NCBI GenBank assembly: GCA_965225855.1
Contig: CBDDCK010000005.1
Location: forward strand, 864,001 to 928,000
Origin: Spirochaetia bacterium
Lineage (GTDB): Bacteria > Spirochaetota > Spirochaetia > SP-2023
DNA length: 64,000 bases
Reading direction: 5' to 3'
Shown here: piece after piece, positions 21,990-32,202 of the stretch
Layout: each line of letters begins with the position of its first letter
How positions within the stretch are numbered: the first letter of the stretch is position 1
Notes under the pieces: generated by a model
Told to the model about the DNA's origin: nothing
The model's input: the letters and a program-made list of their open reading frames with translations, nothing else
The model's database searches: none
Program-made: the position numbers and the translations under genes

Positions 21990-22535
21990 ATGGCTGATCA
22001 TAATGAAACGACCTTTGCGGAAATCAGAGCGATTCTAAAGCAAAACGCCATTGCCCAAGCCAAGACCTATGAGCAGCTGGCTGAATTAACTAAAGGGCTC
22101 AATGATTTGAAAGAGCTGTTTGGTAATACCCAGCACAACCAAGGGCAAATCAATGAAGAATTTATATGCAATAGTATAGCAACCAACGGCAAGGTGCTCT
22201 GGAGTGTTTGTTACGACTATGTAGAGCGCAATGTCAAAAGCCGTTTTGGCCAGACTTAAGGCGAGTACGACTGCGTTGCCTACAATAGTAATAGCATTGC
22301 GATTGTCGAAGTCAAGAGCAAGGCCCATATCAAAGATATAGCCAAATTCCCCATGATGATAAGGACTTTCCGCATTTTATACCCGATGTACAAAGATTTT
22401 AAGATTTACATAGGCATTGCCTCTTTGCATATCAATAATGATGTAGTACAGGAATGCCAAGACAATGGCTATGGTATTTTGCGGTTGTCGGGCAACACAC
22501 TGGAAGAACTGGATAGCAAGCTTATCGCTCAATAA
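21990..22535 (+). pseudogene. Coiled-coil plus PD-(D/E)XK nuclease-fold protein (DUF3782-like) with an internal stop
   Basis: GAGGAG RBS; in-frame TAA at 22257-22259, then GEYDCVA...IVEVKSK continuing in frame into ORF 22353-22535. Confidence 0.75.
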
Positions 22536-22609
22536 GACCCCACTAGCCGATAAGAGGATAATTAAAAATCAAAATTATTTGCGCAGTTTATGAAATCAAG
22601 TTATCATAG

Positions 22610-22813
22610 TTGAGAATTTGTCAACAAATGGTTGCTGATATAGGCAAAGCTAGAAGGTTCGCTAATAACGAATTTGTAGCAGAACTATTAGCGCCTATTC
22701 ATGAAGTACAAATAGAATTTGAGAAAAACAATAAAAGTGTTTATCGTATTTCCAAACATTTTGGAGTTTCGCAAAGACTCATTCATACACAAATTAGATC
22801 GATTACTTGGTAA
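22610..22813 (+). pseudogene. C-terminal remnant of an ImmA/IrrE-like metallopeptidase
   Basis: 'AN-EFVAELLAP...IS-HFGVS' resembles the family C-terminus; no HEXXH region present. Confidence 0.45.
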
Positions 22814-23271
22814 TTCTGATTACGATAAAGAACTAGAACCGAAAAAATATGATTTTAATGTAACCAATATTTACCTCTATCTAATAAAAGCAGCGTTTCA
22901 AAACGCTAAAAAAGAAGGCTGAGCCCCGTGGAGCCGATACCCGCAAGCCAAAGCCCGATCTCGATACTCGTTTATCCCAACCTTCAAGTAAACCATATCA
23001 TGATAATAGCGACAAGTCAATAAAAAAATCCCTAAATAAAAACCCGCTACCGGACTTAACGACTATAACCAACTTACCAGACCTAACCCGACTGCCAAAC
23101 AATTAAATATAATCTGCAGCCAATACTCCGTTAGTATCACTACCATAAATATACCTTTTTAGTAAAAGCTTTAATAAGTTACTAAAATTAGCTAAAGCAT
23201 AACGATGTGGAATATTATAAAGATCAACATAAGGCTTTAAAACTTCCCATAATTTTCTCCTTATTTGATTG

Positions 23272-24483
23272 TTAATCCCACTTTAAAGCCCCGCCTGTTT
23301 GGTAGTCGGTAACTCGGGTCTCAAAGAAATTCTTTTCTTTTTTAATATGAATAATCTCATTTAGCCAAGAGAACGGGTCAGACACTAGAAACTCTGGCTC
23401 TAGGTTTAATTCCCTTAGCCTTTCGTCTGCTAAGCACTGTAAATAAGCAAACATAGTTTGTTTATTGAGTCCTAGGATTCCGTCTTGTACTGTTTCCGCA
23501 GCAAAGGCCATTTCTACATACAGCCCTTCCAGTATCATAGTTTTGACTTGCTTTTTAAATTCATAGCTCCAAACCTCTGGAAACTGTTTGATTATATCGT
23601 GAATAATCTTGACACCGACTCGTATATGCATAATTTCATCTCGCATAATATACTGTACTTGCTCGGCAAATTGGGTCATCTTGCCAATACGGGCCAAGGC
23701 CAACACTTGCACAAAGCTGCAATAGAAAAATAAACCCTCAATTACACTGGCAAACGCTATATAATTGATTAGAAACTTTTGGATACCCTGTAAGTAAGAT
23801 ATTCTACTAGGATAATCGGACTCTACTAGCGAAAAGTCGGGGTCTTCAATTACCCGCAGTTTGTTGCTAGCCCATGCCATTTTTAAAGCTACACTGGGCA
23901 GCTCGTGGTACATATTGAATATTTCTTTTTCAGTATAGCCCAATAGCTCGCCATAAGACTGGATTATGTAGATGTAAGAATGGCTGTGCAGCACTTCCTC
24001 AAAGCCTTGTTTGATTAGATAAAAACGGGCTTCGGGCAAAGTGATATGCTTAGCCAAGTTTATCATTACATTGTTGGCTACAATCGAGTCGGCAGGGGCA
24101 AAGAATCCCAATGTTAGTGCTATTATCCGCATTTCTGCGGGTCTTAAAGTTTTCTCTTTCAATAGTGCAATATCGGCTTGCATCGGTATCTCTTCCGGCA
24201 CCCAATGATTGCGCAAGGCATCTCTATACAGCTCAAAATAACTTGGGTCTTTAAAAGGCAATAATTGGTTGACATCGCAAGTGTCGCCAATAATCTTTTT
24301 CTTACTGGGCTCTACCCTTTGAATTGTTTTTGAACCCTCTTCAATAAGATTCTGGCCACTAAGCTTTTGGCCTAGATTGTTAGCTATCTTAGCAAACTTC
24401 TCTAACCCGCTACCCTGCAAATGGGGTAAAATATCGAGTGCTTGGCAGTAATCTTCTAGCTGTTGGTTATTCAGTGTGTTCAT
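23272..24483 (-). CDS. nrdB: Ribonucleotide reductase class I beta subunit
   Basis: VNQLLPFK, HWVPEEIPM, FFAPADS, EEVLHSHSY, EGLFFY, RDEIMH, EKNFFETRVTDYQ. Confidence 0.93.
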   Translation of the reverse strand: MNTLNNQQLEDYCQALDILPHLQGSGLEKFAKIANNLGQKLSGQNLIEEGSKTIQRVEPSKKKIIGDTCDVNQLLPFKDPSYFELYRDALRNHWVPEEIPMQADIALLKEKTLRPAEMRIIALTLGFFAPADSIVANNVMINLAKHITLPEARFYLIKQGFEEVLHSHSYIYIIQSYGELLGYTEKEIFNMYHELPSVALKMAWASNKLRVIEDPDFSLVESDYPSRISYLQGIQKFLINYIAFASVIEGLFFYCSFVQVLALARIGKMTQFAEQVQYIMRDEIMHIRVGVKIIHDIIKQFPEVWSYEFKKQVKTMILEGLYVEMAFAAETVQDGILGLNKQTMFAYLQCLADERLRELNLEPEFLVSDPFSWLNEIIHIKKEKNFFETRVTDYQTGGALKWD

Positions 24484-24894
24484 TTTACCTCTGTTTATGT
24501 AGATGTTTATTTTACTGGTAAATCCGCAAATAATCAATATACATTTGCTAATGAATGAGGCTGGCCAATTTGGGAGCTATTTTTTGACTATCTGGGCAAA
24601 TTAAGAGACTTTACTTAGCCGTTTCATTTGGGTCTGATTTTAAATTTTTACAGGCATAAACAGATAGTAAAAACAATACAATCAAGCTATATGGTTTCAT
24701 GAATACTTTTTAAAGATTTTTGTAATTTAAAATTTCCAAAAAATAGGCTACTGACGGCCAAAAAGCAAAGGTAAGAACAGCCCCTAATTTTTGACCTAAA
24801 GTTATCGCCAACCTTGAAAAATTTTCTAAGCCGAAAAATAAAGATGAGTATTATAGCGCAAGTCGAACAATTCGGCCTAGTTTAGCTTGAAAAT

Positions 24895-26250
24895 TTATAA
24901 TACTCGGATATGAAAGGCAAAATCAATTTTTTGGAATTGCTCGTGGAAAATTATACCAAAATCAAACTGGCCACGCACATTGACGGGCATACCAAAATAG
25001 AGTTCTGGTCCAGTAAAAAGGCTCATTTCTAAATCTCTTCCTAAGTCTATATCATGAAAGTTTACCGTGGTATTGGCAAAACCAACGATAGAACCGATGT
25101 TCCAACCCATATCTATACGGATAGGGTCTTTTATAAATATAGGGGTGAATAACAAGCGAAATTCTGCTGCACTGCGAATATAACCTTCATAGCGGCTGGA
25201 AAATACTTGTGATTTCATTGGCAACATTCCTTTACTCCGCCAATCGCCGTATAAACTTAGTGATGGGCGCAACCATTTGACTGGTTCTGTTACTAGGCCT
25301 AAGGCTAGGTGCACAAAATGATTTTCAGCAAATAAACCCACTAGTTCATGCTGGCTTTGAAATTTTACGTGATAGCCCAAGCCTTTGTTCGCTAGATAAT
25401 TTTGATCAAAACTTAGGTTTGTAAAAATTGCCAAGCGACCTTGTAGCTGCCCCGATAAATTTTTGTTATTCAATTCAGGGCCTAAGCCCAAACGCTTACC
25501 CATGTGGCTAGCGATTTTTAAATTGTTTATTTTTTGACCTTTAAAGAAATATAGCAGTCCTGCATCAAGCCCTAAACCTAATTGTAACCAACTTAATGGT
25601 TGTATATACAATTCAGGCCGCAAAAAAATATTGCTGCGAATGCGCGAATTTTCGTGGAAATCCCATTGGTCTTGTATTTGGTGGCCGGCTTGTATGGTAA
25701 AACCAAATATGGAATAAGCCAAATAAGGTAAGTCTAAAATTATATCTTGGCGGTTGTAGCCCATAGCCAACCAAACTAGCGATGGCAGGCCTTTGCGCGC
25801 TATGCGGTTGGCCCAACCAAATTTAGCGTAGGCGTTGCCACCGCCCGGTATAAAGCTAATCGACATTTCGGAAACCAAAACTTCGACATAGACTTCATGT
25901 TCTTTTTCATTCTCAAAATAGTCGTAAATTAATTCTAGACTGAGTAAGGTGGGCTCAGAATCGGCGAAATTGAATAGTATTCGGGCGGCTTTTTCCAATT
26001 GTTTTTTTGTACGTAAAGCATTTAAGCGGATGCCATTTTCTTGTAAATAGCGATGGATATGTTTTTCACTCAGCTTATCTATACCGGTGATATAAATATC
26101 TGTGATTTTGTAATTTATTTGCTCTGCTTTCCATTGAGCAGGCCATTGAGCAGACAGTGGCCATTGGTAAAATACAAAAAACATTACTTGGAGAAATATT
26201 GGCAATGTTGATGATACATTCGCCAAATTCCACCGATGGGAAATTTTCAT
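24895..26250 (-). CDS. Putative outer-membrane protein with an N-terminal POTRA-like domain and beta-barrel
   Basis: Signal peptide; 'ITDIYITG--KLSE--I' POTRA-like start; alternating aromatic/hydrophobic strands. Confidence 0.55.
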   Translation of the reverse strand: MKISHRWNLANVSSTLPIFLQVMFFVFYQWPLSAQWPAQWKAEQINYKITDIYITGIDKLSEKHIHRYLQENGIRLNALRTKKQLEKAARILFNFADSEPTLLSLELIYDYFENEKEHEVYVEVLVSEMSISFIPGGGNAYAKFGWANRIARKGLPSLVWLAMGYNRQDIILDLPYLAYSIFGFTIQAGHQIQDQWDFHENSRIRSNIFLRPELYIQPLSWLQLGLGLDAGLLYFFKGQKINNLKIASHMGKRLGLGPELNNKNLSGQLQGRLAIFTNLSFDQNYLANKGLGYHVKFQSQHELVGLFAENHFVHLALGLVTEPVKWLRPSLSLYGDWRSKGMLPMKSQVFSSRYEGYIRSAAEFRLLFTPIFIKDPIRIDMGWNIGSIVGFANTTVNFHDIDLGRDLEMSLFTGPELYFGMPVNVRGQFDFGIIFHEQFQKIDFAFHIRVL

Positions 26251-26446
26251 GAAGCTTCACTATTTTTTGAGGCAATACACCATTGTACCATTTTAGCCGC
26301 TGTAAAACCACTAGCCTTTAGTATGAATTAAAGCAACATATTCGGTGCTGGTCTCTGGAGTCTAAAGCCTGTAATTCGGCTTCCAAACTTTTTGTTCTTT
26401 TTTAGCTTGGTTGTACCAGCCTTTGGCTATATTGGCTTCCCGTATT

Positions 26447-26595
26447 TACCAAGGCTATAATTGACAAAAGCAACCTTGATAAAAAATTTTACCAAGGCTA
26501 TAATTGGCAAAAGCAACCTTGGTATTTTCTCCATACCAAGGCTGTAATTGGGAAAAGCAGCCTTGATAAAAAACTTACCAAGGCTGCAATTGGCC
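26447..26595. repeat. Four tandem ~43-bp imperfect palindromic units (last one partial)
   Basis: TACCAAGGCT(A/G)(T/C)AATTG...AAAAGCA(A/G)CCTTG(A/G)TA starting at 26447, 26490, 26534 and 26576. Confidence 0.8.
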
Positions 26596-26625
26596 AATGC
26601 AAGCGTTGCAACAACCAAACTCTAC

Positions 26626-28770
26626 TTACCGAATTATAACTTGAATACTAGTGGTTGGGTCTTCTGGACTACCAGGTACAAATTCTGCTTTTGCTTCCAG
26701 GTTGTATTCACCATTATTATCACTACTACCAGCCTTAACCAGTATAGCATTGGCTTTGGCTTTTACATTACCGCTTAAAGTAATCTTTAAGAATGTTGCA
26801 TCTGCTTCAGAACCTGTGGCTCTGTTTGCACCTAAAGTTGAGTGCCGGGGTAATGTGAATCTCTTACTACCATCACCGGATACAAGCGTCAATTTGCTAA
26901 AGTCCCATTCTGCAACTGTTTCCGGTAACCTGCTACCACTAATATATAACACACCTGTACGAGTTATATATGATACGTTGTTGATCTGGCTTACGTAGCC
27001 ACTAACGGTAATAGGATTAGTTGTGTCTGCTGCGCTACTACCAATTACAAATCCTGCTGCTGCTTCAAGGTTGTATGCACCAGCATCATCACTTTTACCA
27101 CCCTTAACCAGTATCTTATTGACTTCCGCTTTTACATTACCGCTTAAAGTAATCCTTAAGCCTGTTGCACTTACAAAAGAACCTGTGGCTGTGTTTTCAC
27201 CTGCAGTTGCGTGCCGGGGTAATGGGTATCTCTTTCTACCATCACCGGATACAAGCGTCAATTTGCTAAAGTCCCATCCTGCAATTGATGTCGGTAACTT
27301 GCTACCAATAATATATAACTCGCCTGTATTAACATCGTAGGTTGCTTTGTCGATTCTGACTACATACCCACTAACGGTAATAGGGTTATTGCTTGTGTCT
27401 GCTGCGCTACTACCAATTACAAATCCTGCTGCTGCTTCAAGGTTGTATGCACCAGTATCATCACTATCACCATTCTTAACCAGTATAGCCTCGGCTTTCC
27501 TTTGTTCACTACCCCCTAAAGTAATCGTTAAGCTGGTTGTACTTGCTGCAGAACCTGTGGCAAAGTTTATAGTTGCATATCGGTAGTGTGCTCTTAATGT
27601 GTCACTCTTACGACCATTACCTGCGACAAACCTCAATTTCCTAAAGTCCCAGCCTGTAACTGTTTTCGGTAAATTGATACCTGTAATCACTAACACGCCT
27701 GTACCAGCATTGTAGGTTGCACGGGTAATTGCAGCTTCAGGCGACTGCTGATCTTCAGTTTCGGTCTTAGACTGCTGATCTTCGACTTCTTCGGTTTGTT
27801 CGGCTTCGGGTAGTTCAGGCGACTGCTGATCTTCAGTTTCGGTCTTAGACTGCTGATCTTCGACTTCTTCGGTTTGTTCGGCTTCGGGTAGTTCAGGCGA
27901 CTGCTGATCTTCAGTTTCGGTCTTAGACTGCTGATCTTCGACTTCTTCGGCTTGTTCGTCTTTAGGTTGCTTAGGCGACTGCTGATCTTCAGTTTCGGTC
28001 TTAGACTGCTGATCTTCGACTTCTTCGGCTTGTTCGTCTTTAGGTTGCTTAGGCGACTGCTGATCTTCAGTTTCGGTCTTAGACTGCTGATCTTCGACTT
28101 CTTCGGCTTGTTCGTCTTTAGGTTGCTTAGGCGACTGCTGATCTTCAGTTTCGGTCTTAGACTGCTGATCTTCGACTTCTTCGGCTTGTTCGTCTTTAGG
28201 TTGCTTAGGCGACTGCTCTTCGGCTTGTTCAGCTTCTTCAGTTTGCTTAGATGGCTGATTGTCATCGGATACTTTAGACTGCTTATTTTCGGGTACATTA
28301 CTAACGTCCAAGTCTTTAGGTGTATTTAAACCCGCCCAAGCACCAGAGCCAACGCTAAGCAACCCTTTTTTTAGACCATCCTTATTCATACCGGGCTTGG
28401 CCTCAAGAGTAGCTTTATGTTGATCGGTAAGTTTCAGCCAAATCGCTGTGCCATCGTTTGCAATACGGTACTTACCTTGTTCAAGACCGTTACTATCTGG
28501 CCCAGTGGCTGGGTCATCTGCAGTATAGGAATTTAAGACTACGCCATATACTTTGATGGTTTGGATTTGCGCTTGGGTCGCAGTTGTAGGACTTAAGTGA
28601 GTACCTTGTACGGTTAACAGCGCCGTGCCAACATCGTAGCTTGCACTGGTGATTGCAGGCCCAGAAGACGGCCCAGAAGATCGATCATCGTCATCGGGTG
28701 GGGCGCAGGCAAAGGCCATAAAGACCAGTAGCCGGGCTAATGGCAATAAAAATAGTTTGAGCTTATACAT
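26626..28770 (-). CDS. Paralogous surface lipoprotein (1 type A domain, acidic tandem-repeat stalk, 3 type B domains)
   Basis: Near-identical signal/CAPPDDDD start and C-terminus to 12577-14958. Confidence 0.8.
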   Translation of the reverse strand: MYKLKLFLLPLARLLVFMAFACAPPDDDDRSSGPSSGPAITSASYDVGTALLTVQGTHLSPTTATQAQIQTIKVYGVVLNSYTADDPATGPDSNGLEQGKYRIANDGTAIWLKLTDQHKATLEAKPGMNKDGLKKGLLSVGSGAWAGLNTPKDLDVSNVPENKQSKVSDDNQPSKQTEEAEQAEEQSPKQPKDEQAEEVEDQQSKTETEDQQSPKQPKDEQAEEVEDQQSKTETEDQQSPKQPKDEQAEEVEDQQSKTETEDQQSPKQPKDEQAEEVEDQQSKTETEDQQSPELPEAEQTEEVEDQQSKTETEDQQSPELPEAEQTEEVEDQQSKTETEDQQSPEAAITRATYNAGTGVLVITGINLPKTVTGWDFRKLRFVAGNGRKSDTLRAHYRYATINFATGSAASTTSLTITLGGSEQRKAEAILVKNGDSDDTGAYNLEAAAGFVIGSSAADTSNNPITVSGYVVRIDKATYDVNTGELYIIGSKLPTSIAGWDFSKLTLVSGDGRKRYPLPRHATAGENTATGSFVSATGLRITLSGNVKAEVNKILVKGGKSDDAGAYNLEAAAGFVIGSSAADTTNPITVSGYVSQINNVSYITRTGVLYISGSRLPETVAEWDFSKLTLVSGDGSKRFTLPRHSTLGANRATGSEADATFLKITLSGNVKAKANAILVKAGSSDNNGEYNLEAKAEFVPGSPEDPTTSIQVIIR
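27739..28216 (-). repeat. 78-bp (26-aa) intragenic tandem repeat, six copies
   Basis: QQSPKQPKDEQAEEVEDQQSKTETED x4 and QQSPELPEAEQTEEVEDQQSKTETED x2. Confidence 0.92.
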
Positions 28771-29021
28771 AAGCAATACCTCCAAAAATGGCTTGAGATT
28801 GACAAAACCCATACGGGCTATTGTATAGTGCCCTATTTTGTGAGGGGGGGTGTTGCGTCAAGGCCCATACAAGCTTTTTGTAAGCTTTTTACAAGTTTTT
28901 TTGTGCTTTTTTTATGTTTTAGTGTTGTTTGGGTACTTTAGCTTGGGCTATATGGGCTTCTGGGTATTTAGCTGGGGCTCTTCAAGCAAACAACTTTGGC
29001 TATACAGTGTTGATCGGGTTT

Positions 29022-29257
29022 GTTGGAAAATCCCTAGGTTGCCAATCAAAAAAGCTAGTAAGGTTTTCAGTCAAAACCTTACTAGCTTTTTCAGAAACCT
29101 TATTAGCTTTTTGAGACCGTGGCCCGTTACCATGATATTTTGATACTTGATGCGATATTGTTGCCCAATTACTGCCGACAACCCATATGCCGAAAAACAA
29201 AAATTTTTTACCTTTTTATTTTGGAAAGTAAGCCAATTTGTACCTTCCATTTGTCCC
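29022..29257. repeat. Dispersed repeat, copy 1 (direct repeat of 43348-43556), containing a 19-bp palindrome
   Basis: GTTGGAAAATCCC...GGCCCGTTACCATGATATTTTGATACTTGATGC...CCGAAAAACAAAAATTTTTTAC shared with the second copy. Confidence 0.88.
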
Positions 29258-29523
29258 AAAAAAATCCCGAGTTATCGCGTCTTATCCCGTAAGTTATCAT
29301 GTCCTCTTTCAATTCTCTGAGGGCTGGAAAAAAACCGTCATTCTGGAAATTAAAAAATTGTAGTTGTCTCTATTCTGCAAAACTATCATTTCGTAGCAAG
29401 TTTACCTTTGCTGTGCTTTTATCCATTTTCAGAAATATTTTTTCAAAAGGAGTTGGAATATTTTTATCAAAGGATTATAATAAGTTCAGTCAGATGCCAA
29501 AGTTATTTGGTAGGAGATAAAAT

Positions 29524-30498
29524 ATGAGAATACTTATCACTGGTGCAAATGGATTTCTCGGAACCAGATTAGCTCAGAAACTTATCAGTCAAGGTCAAAT
29601 ATCTCTTGATGGTTCAATGCACGATATTCAAGAGCTCATACTTGTAGACAAGAATCCATTTACTGCCTTCTATGGGGCATATAAAAATGTTGTTACACTT
29701 TGCTACAATTTCTGTGATCCTGCCGCGTTAGATATAATTTTTGCTAAGGCTTATGATGTGGTATTCCATCTTGCTGCAATTGTTAGTGGGCAAGCCGAAA
29801 GAAATCTTCAGCTAGGCTATACAGTAAATGTCCAAGCTACTTGGGAAATACTAAACAGAATTGCTGAACATAAATATACACGTTTTTTTATGACAAGCTC
29901 TATAGCAGTATTTGGAGCACCTATTCCACAGCTTGTGCCCGATCTATTTCCTTGTTTACCGGCTTCAAGTTATGGCGCACAAAAAGCTATTAGTGAACTT
30001 TATGTTCTCGACTACAGTCGTAGAAAATTATGTGATGGTCGTATGCTACGATTGCCCACTATTGTAGTGCGTTCAGATACCCCCAATGCGGCAACCTCTA
30101 GTTTTGTAAGCTCCATTATCAGAGAACCTCTAAATCAAAGACACGCTTCTTGTCCAGTCCCTAAGGATTCAAAACTTTGGATATTATCTCCTGATGATGC
30201 CATAAAATCCATCTTGTATGCGACCGATTTAGAAGAATGCAAGATTTCTAATACGCGTATCATCAATCCTATTGGCCTTAGCGTTAGTGTGCAACAAATA
30301 TTAGATGTTCTTATTCAAATAAAAGGAAAAGAAATACTCCATTATATTCAATTTACACAAGATTCATTTATAGAAAGTATAGTTCTCTCATGGCCATCAC
30401 AATTTGAGTCAAAGACAGCAAGGGAACTGGGCTTCCCACCCATTAAAAATATTGAAGCCTTGATTAAAGAATATAAAGAATATAATGATAGTTTGTAA
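29524..30498 (+). CDS. denD: D-erythronate dehydrogenase-like NAD-dependent epimerase/dehydratase family protein
   Basis: TGANGFLG, HLAAIVSGQAE, SYGAQK, LRLPTIVVR, PNAATSSF-SSIIREPL. Confidence 0.8.
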   Translation: MRILITGANGFLGTRLAQKLISQGQISLDGSMHDIQELILVDKNPFTAFYGAYKNVVTLCYNFCDPAALDIIFAKAYDVVFHLAAIVSGQAERNLQLGYTVNVQATWEILNRIAEHKYTRFFMTSSIAVFGAPIPQLVPDLFPCLPASSYGAQKAISELYVLDYSRRKLCDGRMLRLPTIVVRSDTPNAATSSFVSSIIREPLNQRHASCPVPKDSKLWILSPDDAIKSILYATDLEECKISNTRIINPIGLSVSVQQILDVLIQIKGKEILHYIQFTQDSFIESIVLSWPSQFESKTARELGFPPIKNIEALIKEYKEYNDSL

Positions 30499-30560
30499 GT
30501 TAATCATTATTAAAGGAGCTATATTATTATAGTCTAAATAAATCCGTATAGGAGGCGCGT

Positions 30561-31949
30561 ATGGACGCAAATTTATTTCAAATTATTTTAGGCTTAGCTG
30601 TAGAGATTATTGCTTTAGTGCTGTTTGTTGTTTTTTCACGGGTACATGCTTTTCCTGCTTTAATTATTGCCGCCATCATAGCAGGTACTATAGGAGGTTA
30701 TGGCTTCCTTCCCACATTAGATGCCATAAAGAAAGGATTTGGAGGCACATTAGGAAGCATAGGAATTATTATTGGGTTTGGTGTAATAATGGGAACATTA
30801 TTTGAAATCTCGGGCGCAGCAAAGAGAATGGCAATGTTTTTTCTTAAAATTTTTGGTAAAGGAAGAGAGGAATACGCATTAGCCGTGACGGGCTTTGTCG
30901 TTTCTATTCCTATTTTTTGTGATTCTGCTTTCATTATTTTGTCATCCTTGGCAAAAGCTATTGCGCGCAACACAGGAAAAAGCCTGACTACCCTAGGCGT
31001 TGCCCTGGCTGCAGGATTAGTGGTTACCCATACTATTGTGCCACCAACACCAGGACCGTTATTAGTGTTATCTAATTTTGATATTGAAATTGGAACATTC
31101 TTAATTTGGTCATTATTATTTTCTATTCCCATTGTGCTTGTATCTGTATTGTATTCTCAGTATATCGGGAAAAAGGTATTTCGTCTTCCAGCACTGCAAG
31201 GAGATGGTTTTATCGATGCTCGTTACTCTGAAGATGTTCAGAAGAAAGCATTCATTACTGATACAGAAAAACTTCCTTCTACTTTTATGTCCTTTCTGCC
31301 TATAATGCTTCCATTGTTTCTTATTTTTTTAAGCACACTTTTTAATGCACTTGGCTTAAAGGCAAACTCAGAAGCGCCTTTATACCAGTTTATACACAGC
31401 CTTGGAAACCCCATTGTAGCAGTAGGTTTGGGGCTTCTGGTTGGCCTTTTTACACTTACAAGAGGTATAGAAAAGCGCAAAGTGTTACATGCATCTGATG
31501 AAGCAATAAAACAAGCAGGTATTATAGTGTTTGTAACAGGAGGAGGAGGTGCTCTTGGTCAGGTGCTTCGAGATAGCGGTGCAGGTCAAATAATTGCTGA
31601 GGCGCTGGTAAATACCAATATTCCTATCGTTCTGCTGCCTATCATTATTGCCTCTTTAGTACGATTTCTACAAGGTTCGGGCACCGTATCGCTTATTACT
31701 TCTTCGTCTATTGTAGCTCCGATAATATTAAGCGGAGATATTCCTATCTCACCTGTTATTGCAGCCCTTGGGTGCTGTGTAGGTGGCCTCTTTTTTGCGT
31801 ATTTTAATGATAGTTATTTTTGGGTAGTAACTCGCAGCATAGGCATTAAGGAAACAAAAGATCAAATGCGTGTTTGGACCAGTACTACAATGGTAGCTTG
31901 GGCTGTGGGCGTGCTAATATTACTTCCACTCAGTCTTTTTGTAAGATAG
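30561..31949 (+). CDS. GntP family sugar-acid permease
   Basis: GFGGTLG-IG, SIPIFCDS, VPPTPGP, QGSGTV, NDSYFWVV. Confidence 0.9.
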   Translation: MDANLFQIILGLAVEIIALVLFVVFSRVHAFPALIIAAIIAGTIGGYGFLPTLDAIKKGFGGTLGSIGIIIGFGVIMGTLFEISGAAKRMAMFFLKIFGKGREEYALAVTGFVVSIPIFCDSAFIILSSLAKAIARNTGKSLTTLGVALAAGLVVTHTIVPPTPGPLLVLSNFDIEIGTFLIWSLLFSIPIVLVSVLYSQYIGKKVFRLPALQGDGFIDARYSEDVQKKAFITDTEKLPSTFMSFLPIMLPLFLIFLSTLFNALGLKANSEAPLYQFIHSLGNPIVAVGLGLLVGLFTLTRGIEKRKVLHASDEAIKQAGIIVFVTGGGGALGQVLRDSGAGQIIAEALVNTNIPIVLLPIIIASLVRFLQGSGTVSLITSSSIVAPIILSGDIPISPVIAALGCCVGGLFFAYFNDSYFWVVTRSIGIKETKDQMRVWTSTTMVAWAVGVLILLPLSLFVR

Positions 31950-32202
31950 TACGGAGCTGCGCAGATACCCTGAAGGCGCACGGTAAAAAAATACGCCAAT
32001 CATCGCGACCACAGCCCCATTTTTATGCTAAGTGCTTCGCTCCAAAATGCTAACAAAAAGCTTGCCATTAGTTATACTTGATCGTCCAACAAAACTATAG
32101 TATAATTATCGAAAAATCTTAGTGATTCTTCATCGGTTATACTTGATCGTCCAACAAAACGGGAATTATGTATAAAAGGGTACTAAAATAAATTGTGAAA
32201 AA

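Noticed and set aside
27690..28329. Lys-rich and Leu/Phe-rich repetitive ORFs
   Set aside because: Alternative frames of the 78-bp tandem repeat inside the lipoprotein gene.
31950..32070. Degenerate terminal repeat or leader upstream of the first repeat
   Set aside because: No repeat similarity at the expected -66 position and no recognisable leader features.
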